Source: an uncultured delta proteobacterium
Lineage (GTDB): Bacteria > Myxococcota > Myxococcia > Myxococcales > Anaeromyxobacteraceae
NCBI GenBank assembly: GCA_963736795.1
Contig: CAVTRF010000021.1
Location: 149,364 to 173,363, forward strand
Direction of reading: 5' to 3'
DNA length: 24,000 nt
Made by a program: the position numbers and the translations under genes. Under the pieces are notes generated by a model. The model had not been told where the DNA came from. It was given only the letters and a program-made list of their open reading frames with translations, and ran no database searches. Shown piece after piece: positions 17,671-24,000 of the stretch (position 1 is the first letter of the stretch; each line of letters begins with the position of its first letter).

Positions 17671-18417
17671 ATGAACGCGCTCAGGCTCATCGCAGCGGCC
17701 GCCCTCATCGCGGCGTGCCGCATCGCCTCCGCCCAGGCGTTCGCCCCCGGCGAGGAGACGGTCCTGCAGGTCCGCTACCTGAACCTGCCGAGCGGCGAGG
17801 GCCGCATCACGGTCGGCGAGGCGGCGGGCGAGGTGTGGCCGGTCATCTTCCAGGCAAAAACGCAGGGGCTCGCCGGGTTCCTCGACATCCGCGAGCACCT
17901 CGTCTCGTACTGGGACGCGACCGCGCTCCACTCGCGCGGGTACGACCTGCGCGCGTACGAGGTGGGCGACTTCCACAGCGACAGCGCGCGCTTCGACCGG
18001 GTGAACGGCACCGCGACGTACGAGAAGCAGCGCAAGGGTAAGCGCACGGTGAAGAAGCTCGAGATCCCCGCGGACGTGCACGACCTCACCGGAGCGCTCA
18101 TGTGGCTCCGGCTGCAGCGGCTCGAGCCGGGCCACCATCACGAGCTCCCGATCGTGACCGGCTCGAGGCAGTTCACGCTCGTCGCCGACGTCCTCGCTCG
18201 CGAGACGATCGACACCCCCGCCGGGCGCTTCGCCGCGCTGAAGGTGCAGGTCCGCATGGGGCTCGACGGGAAGTTCTCCACGAAGCGCGACACGTCGGTG
18301 TGGCTCTCGGACGACCCGCGCCACGTCCTCGTCCGGCTGTCCGCGGACTTCGCGGTGGGCAGCGTGGTCGCGACGCTGAAGAGCTACCGCCCGGGCACGC
18401 AGCTCGCGGCACGTTAG
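17671..18417 (+). CDS. DUF3108-like exported protein (copy 1)
   Basis: ATG at 17671 opens with the signal peptide MNALRLIAAAALIAACRIASAQA. PGEETVLQVRYLNLPSGEGRITVG and TPAGRFAALKVQV ... VWLSDDPRHVLVRLSADFAVGSVVATL match the DUF3108 pattern as remembered. Confidence 0.75.
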   Translation: MNALRLIAAAALIAACRIASAQAFAPGEETVLQVRYLNLPSGEGRITVGEAAGEVWPVIFQAKTQGLAGFLDIREHLVSYWDATALHSRGYDLRAYEVGDFHSDSARFDRVNGTATYEKQRKGKRTVKKLEIPADVHDLTGALMWLRLQRLEPGHHHELPIVTGSRQFTLVADVLARETIDTPAGRFAALKVQVRMGLDGKFSTKRDTSVWLSDDPRHVLVRLSADFAVGSVVATLKSYRPGTQLAAR

Positions 18418-18489
18418 GGGCGACTCGGCCCATCGACGAGCGCGGGGCCTCGCGCCTCGGACCCCGGGCGCGATGTCTAGCTTCCCCGC

Positions 18490-20148
18490 GTGCGTCGTGC
18501 GCTCGCCCTCGCCGCAGCCTGCCTCTCCGTCACCGCGGCGGCCGCGCCCCGCGCCGGCGGCGCTCCGGAGGTCGGCGTCGCGAGCTCGCTCGAGAAGCTC
18601 AGGCCCAACGGGCCCGGTCCCTCGCGCCCGCAGCATCGACCTCGTCGCCGCGCGCGGCGAGTGCGAGGCGGCGCAGATCGCGGTCAGGGCTCCGGGCGGC
18701 CTCGCGGCGCTCTCCGCCGAAGCGGGCCCGCTCCGCGGCGGGCGCGGGGCAGCGCTCCCGCTCGCGCTCTACCGCGTGGCGACGCTCTCGCTGTCGAGCC
18801 CCTCGGGCCCCGACGGGGAGGCGGGCGAGTGGCCCGACCCGCTCGTCCCCGTCCGCGACGCCTACGTCGGCGAGGCGCGGCGCGCCTTCCCGATCGCCGT
18901 CGCCGCCGGGCAGGCTGCAGGGGATCTGGGTCGAGGTGTGCGTCCCGGAGGACGCGGCGCCGGGTGAGCACGCCGGCGCCGTCCGGCTCATGGACGCCAC
19001 CCGCCGCATCGCCGAGGTGCCGGTGCGGCTTCGGGTGTGGCCGTTCGCGCTCCCGCGCACCGGCTCGTTCGTCGCGGCGTTCGGCCTGCCCACGCGGGTC
19101 GGGACGCGCGCGCTCGGGCGTCCCGACGATCCCGCGATCGCCCGGGACCTCGCGGCCGCGGCCCTCCGACACCGGCTCACTCCCTACATCCTCTCCGCCG
19201 ACGCCGCCCGACGGCGACTGCACCGCGAAGCGTTGCGCGCTCGACTGGACGCGCTACGACGCGGAGGTCGGACCGGTCCTCGATGGCACGCTCGTCCCCG
19301 GGGTGCGCGGCGGGTTCGCCGAGGTGCGGATCCCGGCGCGGGTCTGGGACGGACCCGAGCTCGACCTCGCGGCGACGCTCCGCGCGTGGCGGCGGCACTT
19401 CGAGGAGCGCGGCTGGGCGGACCGGCTGTGGCTCTACACGCTCGACGAGCCGGGCCCGGCGCAGCTCCCGGAGCTCCGCCGCCGCGCCCGGCTCGCGCGC
19501 GCCGCGTCGATCCGCGTCTTCGCGACCGTGGTGCCGCTCCCGGAGCTCGCCGGGGCGGTCGACGACTTTGCCCCGAACCTCGCCCTCGTCGTGGACGGCG
19601 GGGCACGCCCCGGGCAGGTGACGTGGTCCTACGCGTCGTGCCTCTCGCACGGCTGCGACGAGCTCCCCGGCGAGGGACCGCGGCGCCGCGCGATGCTGCG
19701 CGAGTTCGCCGGGTGGCCCGGGTACGAGATCGACCGGCCTGGCACGGCGGCCCGCGCGGTCCCGCTGCTCGGGGTGCGCCGCGGACTGAAGGGCGAGCTC
19801 TACTACGATATGCTCCAGGCGTGGACGGGCGATCCCTGGAGCGATGTGCGGGCGTTCGCGGGCAACGGCGACGGGACGCTCCTCTACCCGGGACGCCCGG
19901 ACGCGCTCGGGGGGACGCGGCCGTTCCCGGTCGAGTCGATCCGGCTCAAGACCGTGCGGGACGCGCTCGAGGACGCGGAGCTCGTCGCGCTGGCGCGGGC
20001 CGCGGGCGAGGGGCGGCTCGCGGACCGGCTGCTCGCGCGGCTCGTGCCGTCGGCGCGCGGCTGGGAGCGGCGGCCCGAGCCGTGGCTGCGCGCGCGGCTC
20101 GAGCTCGGCGACGCGCTCGCGCGGCGCGCCCCGCGGGTGGCGCGGTGA
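18490..20148 (+). pseudogene. DUF4091-type glycoside-hydrolase-like exported protein, readable only across three +1 frame breaks
   Basis: Frame 1 starts at GTG 18490 with the signal peptide RRALALAAACLSVTAAAA and VASSLEKLRPNGP. Frame 2 (~18617-18913) encodes VPRARSIDLVAARGECEAAQIAVRAP...FPIAVAAGQ. Frame 3 (~18915-19202) encodes LQGIWVEVCVPEDAAPGEHAGAVRL...RLTPYILSAD. Frame 1 (~19204-20148) encodes PPDGDCTAKRCALDWTRYD...LWLYTLDEP...GELYYDMLQAWTGDPWSD...GDGTLLYPG...SIRLKTVRDALEDAELV, which is the DUF4091-like C-terminus. Confidence 0.75.
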
Positions 20149-20927
20149 GCGGGAGCGCCGCCGTGATCTCCGCCGCCCTCCTCGCGCTCGCCCTCGGCGC
20201 CTCGCCGGCGTGCGGCCTGCCGCCGCTCGCCGCGGGCGAGCGCCCCTGGCGCGTGGGCGAGGCGCTCACCTACGACCTCGACCTCCTGGGGATGGTGAAG
20301 GGAGGCACGCTCCAGCTCTCGGTCGAGCGCCCGATGTCCGGCGGCAAGGTGATCCCGCTCCGCGCCCGCGCCCGGACGACGCCGTCGATCGCCAGCGTGA
20401 AGCCGTTCGCGGGGGTGGCGCTCTCGTGGATCGACGCGGGGACGCTCCTGCCGGAGCGCTACCGGGACGAGGCCGAGGAGGGGGGCGTCCGCAAGATGTC
20501 GGACACGAAGATCGCGCCCCCGCGCCCCGAGCTCGTCGTCGAGTACCGGTACGGCGAGACCGCCGGGAAGACCGCCTACCCGCGCGCAGGCGACGTCCTC
20601 GACGCGCTCTCCACGATCTATTACCTGCGATCGGCGCGGCTCGCGCCGGGCGACCGGCTGTGCTTCGACCTCGTCGCAAACCGGCGGTTCTGGCGGCTCG
20701 AGGCGACCGTCGCGCAGCGAACGGAGAAGGTCGAGACCCCCGCAGGCCGCTTCGAGACGCTCCGCGTGGACGCGACCACCCGGCGGGTGGACCGCCCCGA
20801 GGACAAGCCCCGGCCGATCCACCTGTGGTTCGGAACGGACGCGCGCCGGCTCCCGGTCGCGATCGTGTCGGAGATCGACCTCGGCCCGGTGAGCGCCACG
20901 CTCTCCTCGGTGCGCGGCGCGCGCTGA
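20145..20927 (+). CDS. DUF3108-like exported protein (copy 2)
   Basis: The GTG at 20145 overlaps the upstream stop (GTGA at 20145-20148). The signal/lipoprotein-like N-terminus is SGSAAVISAALLALALGASPACG. GEALTYDLDLLGMVKGGTLQLSV and TPAGRFETLRVDA ... IHLWFGTDARRLPVAIVSEIDLGPVSATL parallel copy 1. Confidence 0.75.
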   Translation: MSGSAAVISAALLALALGASPACGLPPLAAGERPWRVGEALTYDLDLLGMVKGGTLQLSVERPMSGGKVIPLRARARTTPSIASVKPFAGVALSWIDAGTLLPERYRDEAEEGGVRKMSDTKIAPPRPELVVEYRYGETAGKTAYPRAGDVLDALSTIYYLRSARLAPGDRLCFDLVANRRFWRLEATVAQRTEKVETPAGRFETLRVDATTRRVDRPEDKPRPIHLWFGTDARRLPVAIVSEIDLGPVSATLSSVRGAR

Positions 20928-20946
20928 GCGAGCGCGCCGCGGCCGG

Positions 20947-21291
20947 CTACATCCGGGCGGCGACCTGGGCGAGGCGGCGGCGCACCGAGACGATCGCGTG
21001 CGACAGCTCGTCGATGCGCTCGCCGGGCTTGCCCCCGAGCGCGACCGACAGGATCTGCTGCTGCGAGGGCGCGCCGTCGCCGAGCGCCCGCTCGACGTTC
21101 GAGATCCAGGCGGCGACGCCGGCGAGGGCGGCCCGCGCCTCGCGCAGGTCGTCCTCGAGGAAGTCGAGCACCACGTGGTCGCGCGCGGAGCCGCTCGCGA
21201 GGCGCCGGCGGAGCGCCTCGACGCCCCCCTCGTCCGGAGCGATCGACTCGGGGGGAGCGACGGCGACGGCGACGGCGGACTTGCGGTTCAT
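20947..21291 (-). CDS. Hypothetical small protein (114 aa), translationally coupled to the upstream gene
   Basis: The ATG at 21291 overlaps the upstream stop (ATGA at 21288-21291). The sequence MNRKSAVAVAVAPPESI...HVVLDFLEDDLREARAALAGVAAWISNVERAL is helical and not Arg-junk. No family was recognised. The rest of the 437 aa ORF upstream is junk. Confidence 0.5.
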   Translation of the reverse strand: MNRKSAVAVAVAPPESIAPDEGGVEALRRRLASGSARDHVVLDFLEDDLREARAALAGVAAWISNVERALGDGAPSQQQILSVALGGKPGERIDELSHAIVSVRRRLAQVAARM

Positions 21292-22148
21292 GGGCTCTCT
21301 CCCGCGTGGGTGGCGCGCGCGGCGCGCCGGCGCACGGTCTCGACGGCGGCTGCGATCCGCTCCGGCGACTGCCCTTCGGCGAGCAGCTCGCGGACCTCGC
21401 GGAGCGCCGCCGCGGCGCCCTCCGCGTCGGTCCGGCCTCGGGCGGACGCGAGAGCGCGCGCGAGCGTCGCGTCGGTCGCCGTGGCGCGGGGGCCGGGCGC
21501 GGCCTGCCGCGCGACGGGAGCGGGACCGGGGCGCGCGTCGAGCGGGATGGCGGGCGCCGCTTCGGGCGCGCCCCCGCGGACGACGCGCAGGTCCGCGGCG
21601 CGGCCGACGAGGACGTCGTCGCCGAGCGGCTCGCCGGCGGCTTCGCGCGGCAGGTAGACGCGCCAGAGCGTGCCGCGGTTGTCGCGCTGCAACGGCCGCG
21701 CGTAGCGCTTGTCGACGAGGGCGGCGAGGACGCGGAGGAGGCGCCGCTCGGAGAGGCGCAGCCGGTCCATCAGCTCGCGCTTCGCGAGACGGCACCAGTT
21801 GCGCCCCTCGCCGACCGACAGCCGCAGCAGGTGCAGGTACGCGGCCTGCTCCTCGGCCTCGAGGTCCTCGCAGGCGCGGTCGAACGCGTCGAGCGGGATG
21901 GCGGCGAACCCGGCGCGCACGCGGACCGCGCCGACGAGCTCCCCCGCGAACGGGACCCGGCGCATCTCCCCCGGCTCGAGCGCCTCGGGGGACGGAGAGG
22001 GCGCAGCGCCGTGCAGCGGCCGCGTCGCGAGCGCCGCGCTCCCACGGACTCCCCGGTAGTACGGGACCTTCGACACGCCGCCGCCTCCACCCATGAACCC
22101 ACGGTGGAGCGTAGTCGCCCGATATCGCTCGTCCAGTTTTCGGCCCAC
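21288..22148 (-). CDS. Hypothetical protein with a central winged-helix/HTH-like segment
   Basis: The GTG at 22148 is preceded by GGGAGGGG 6-7 nt upstream (alternative ATG at 22094). The central block EEQAAYLHLLRLSVGEGRNWCRLAKRELMDRLRLSERRLLRVLAALVDKRYARPLQRDNRGTLWRVYL reads like a MarR/DnaD-type winged helix. This is my pattern judgement, not a search. Confidence 0.5.
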   Translation of the reverse strand: MGRKLDERYRATTLHRGFMGGGGGVSKVPYYRGVRGSAALATRPLHGAAPSPSPEALEPGEMRRVPFAGELVGAVRVRAGFAAIPLDAFDRACEDLEAEEQAAYLHLLRLSVGEGRNWCRLAKRELMDRLRLSERRLLRVLAALVDKRYARPLQRDNRGTLWRVYLPREAAGEPLGDDVLVGRAADLRVVRGGAPEAAPAIPLDARPGPAPVARQAAPGPRATATDATLARALASARGRTDAEGAAAALREVRELLAEGQSPERIAAAVETVRRRAARATHAGESP

Positions 22149-22183
22149 CGCTCACCCCTCCCGACAGGCCGGACGACGGCCGC

Positions 22184-22238
22184 GACGTGGACGTGGACGT
22201 GGATCGTGGACCTCGACCTCGACCTCGACCTCGACGAG
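22184..22238. repeat. Bipartite hexanucleotide tandem array: (GACGTG)x3 - gatcgtg - (GACCTC)x4 - GACGAG
   Basis: Counted directly: GACGTG at 22184, 22190 and 22196; GACCTC at 22209, 22215, 22221 and 22227; then GACGAG and a GGCGAG-rich tail. The array starts 36 nt upstream of the GTG start at 22148 of the minus-strand gene. Confidence 0.95.
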
Positions 22239-22793
22239 GCGAGGCGGCGAGGCGATCCACGCCTCACGAACGTCTCCCCGGGCGCTGGCCGGGGACGGGA
22301 TCCTCGCCCCTCGGCTCGGCCAAGCCGCGACCGGGCGGCGTACTGACGGAAGGGCGCCGAAGCGCAGGCCGCCGGGGCACGTCCGCCCGCGCCGCCTCGC
22401 GCGTCGGGGTGACCGCAGGCGGTGGGGTGCAGTCGGCCCGGGGAATCGTGGCGCGCTCTGCGTCACGGTCCGTGCACCCCGGCTCCGTACTCGAGCTGGG
22501 TCCGTCCGCAGCGGCCGAGGCCTCGCTGTCGGGGCGAGGACCGCTCCCCGGCGAGCGCGCCCGAGCCCGGTCCAGCGCGTTCACCGGTGCCGATGAACGG
22601 ACGTGAACGGCCGAGCCGGCGCAGTTCACGAGGCGCAGGAGGCCGTCGCCGAGACGGGCGCGCGACGAACGAGCAGCGCAGGCGTACTTTTTCGTACGCC
22701 GAGCAGCGCAGGACACGGCCAAGCGAGCGCCGCTCCAGATACGCCGAGGGCGAGGCGGATCGCTCGCGCCGCTACGAATCGGAGCTGCGCCAG

Positions 22794-23312
22794 CTAGATC
22801 AGGCCGCGGGAGCGGCGAAGCAGCTCGACCATCTTCTGGTACTCGACGTCCCAGGCGCTCGTCCCCTCCTGCAGGTGCTTCAGGCGGGCGCGCGCCTCGC
22901 GATCGATCTCGTCGTCGACGTCGAGGTGCTTCTTGAAGATCTGGAAGACCTTCTTCCGGAGGCCGTGATCCTCGGAGTAGACCTCCTCGACGTTCCGGGA
23001 GATGAGGAGGAACTCGATCATCTGGCCGATGACGTACTCGATCCCCTCGTCACCCATCTTGAAGCCGCGGACGTCCGCCATCTCGCGCTTCACCTGGTTG
23101 AACTTGGAGTGATCGTAGCCGCGGCGCTCGAGCGCCTCGCGCGTGGCGGCGTTCACCCGCTCCTCGGCGGCGAGGTACTCCTTCATGATCGCCGCCATGT
23201 CCATCTCGGCGTCTGCGATCCGGAGGGTCTCGACCTCGATGTCGCCGTCCTGCATGAGGGTCTGGACGACCTCTCGGGCGATCGTCGGGATGACCTTCGG
23301 GTAGAGCCGCAT
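22794..23312 (-). CDS. DUF507 family protein
   Basis: The ATG at 23312 has a GAGGAA RBS. MRLYPKVIPTIAREVVQTLMQDGDIEVE...IEYVIGQMIEFLLISRNVEEVYSEDHGLRKKVFQIFKKHL matches the DUF507 pattern as remembered. The ORF extension to 23561 is junk. Confidence 0.7.
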   Translation of the reverse strand: MRLYPKVIPTIAREVVQTLMQDGDIEVETLRIADAEMDMAAIMKEYLAAEERVNAATREALERRGYDHSKFNQVKREMADVRGFKMGDEGIEYVIGQMIEFLLISRNVEEVYSEDHGLRKKVFQIFKKHLDVDDEIDREARARLKHLQEGTSAWDVEYQKMVELLRRSRGLI

Positions 23313-23393
23313 GAGTTCCTCGGTCGACAGCCGCGGCCCGCGCCAAGGCCATGGGTCAGCCGTGCGAAGACCGCGTAGAAAAAGGGTAAAGCC

Positions 23394-23422
23394 GTATAAA
23401 CCCCGGCCACTCCGGGTGGCAA
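23394..23422 (-). promoter_or_regulatory. Sigma70-like promoter candidate for the DUF507 gene
   Basis: On the minus strand: TTGCCA (23422-23417), a 17 nt spacer, then TTATAC (23399-23394). It lies in the only AT-richer patch of the 23313-23600 gap. Pattern match only. Confidence 0.3.
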
Positions 23423-23600
23423 GGAAAAACGTCTTCCTGCGGCATGTTCCATGCGTCCTCGCCGCGACGCACGAACCATCGTGGGCTCGCACCCTCCCGG
23501 GTCCCGCGACCGCCGCGTTCGGCGACGGACCGCGGCCCGGAGCGCGAGGGGGCGCGCGCACGCGGCGCGGCCCCTCGCAAGCCCGACACGAACGCGGCGA

Positions 23601-24000
23601 TCAGTTCGAGTAGATCTTCATGACGTCGGAGAGGAGCTTCAGCGCCTCGGCCTTCGGGCGCTGGAACGCGTTGCGACCCATGATGGAGCCGAACGCGCCG
23701 CCCTCCTTCAGGCCGCGGATCTCCTCGAGCACGGCGTCGGTCCCCTTCGCCTCGCCGCCGGAGAAGATCACGATCCGCTTCCCGCCGAACGCCGACTGCA
23801 CGACGTGGCGAACCCGGTCGGCGAGCGTCTTCGTCGGGATCTTCTGCTCCTCGTAGACCTTCTTCGCGTCGGGGTGCTCGACGAGGTCCTTCGGAGGCTT
23901 CACCTTCACGATGTGCGCGCCGAGCTGGCAGGCGATCTGCGCGGCGTAGGCGGCGATGTCCACCGCCGTCTCGCCCTCCTTCGAGACGCCGGTGCCGCGC
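23601..24000 (-). CDS. Class I fructose-bisphosphate aldolase (FbaB/DhnA-type), C-terminal part; the 5' end is outside the window
   Basis: The frame is open to the window edge. AHIVKVKPP (Schiff-base lysine region), IVIFSGGEAKG and GAFGSIMGRNAFQRPKAEALKLL resemble the E. coli FbaB/DhnA C-terminus. Confidence 0.75.
   Translation of the reverse strand, partial: RGTGVSKEGETAVDIAAYAAQIACQLGAHIVKVKPPKDLVEHPDAKKVYEEQKIPTKTLADRVRHVVQSAFGGKRIVIFSGGEAKGTDAVLEEIRGLKEGGAFGSIMGRNAFQRPKAEALKLLSDVMKIYSN

Noticed and set aside
824-19212. Programmed +1 ribosomal frameshifting as the explanation for the frame breaks
   Set aside because: I could see no shared slippery or shifty-stop motif at the eight sites. 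Three consecutive programmed shifts in one gene would be unprecedented. Simple insertion, whether mutation or sequencing error, is more parsimonious.
18102-20927. 941 aa plus-strand ORF that looks like one very large gene
   Set aside because: Only two stretches of this frame are meaningful: the middle third of the DUF4091 gene (18915-19202) and the whole second DUF3108 gene (20145-20927). The rest is Arg-rich junk, so it is a composite, not a gene.
19844-22096. 750 aa plus-strand ORF
   Set aside because: It is extreme Arg/Gly/Ala/Pro junk overlapping real genes on both strands.
22681-22700. GGCGTAC-tttttc-GTACGCC hairpin as the intrinsic terminator of the DUF507 gene
   Set aside because: The T-run lies in the loop rather than after the stem on either strand, and the hairpin sits about 95 nt from the stop. 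It is reported only as part of the structured non-coding region.
22264-22722. 152 aa minus-strand ORF inside the long non-coding stretch, possibly a disordered protein
   Set aside because: Third-position GC is fairly high by eye. However, it has only a TTG start with GGAG poorly spaced (~13 nt), a Ser/Pro/Arg/Ala composition and no recognisable domain. It is kept as non-coding and is worth a homology check.

Overview
This is a very GC-rich bacterial chromosomal segment (by eye well above 70% G+C, not computed). Long spurious ORFs occur in every frame, so calls rest on recognisable protein sequence, RBS/start context and start/stop coupling rather than ORF length. Gene content and codon style suggest a Myxococcota, Anaeromyxobacter-like organism; this is inference and was not checked. 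The content is mostly housekeeping. Features in order: a TruD-like 3' fragment; a hybrid sensor kinase/receiver; a serine-palmitoyltransferase-like alpha-oxoamine synthase; and a minus-strand heme block (CcsA/HemX-like, hemA, hemC, hemD) trailed by a DUF4265-like gene. Then come trxA, the elongasome block mreC-mreD-mrdA(PBP2)-rodA without an adjacent mreB, a PpiD-like chaperone, a Maf-YggS fused ORF and a small acidic zinc-ribbon protein. The window ends with an exported DUF3108-DUF4091-DUF3108 cluster, a two-gene unit of unknown function (winged-helix-like protein plus small protein), a DUF507 gene and a class I aldolase (FbaB-like) 3' fragment. No rRNA, tRNA, CRISPR array, transposase or recognisable defence system was seen, and I do not claim a novel system. 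Three things deserve a second look. (1) Seven clear frame breaks, plus one possible, all look like single extra nucleotides. They are confined to three or four genes, and in two of those genes three breaks sum back to the original frame. (2) Two perfect GAC-phased hexanucleotide tandem arrays with the same bipartite layout sit at 3939-4030 and 22184-22238. (3) A ~550 bp apparently non-coding stretch with clustered inverted and direct repeats lies next to the second array and the unknown two-gene unit.
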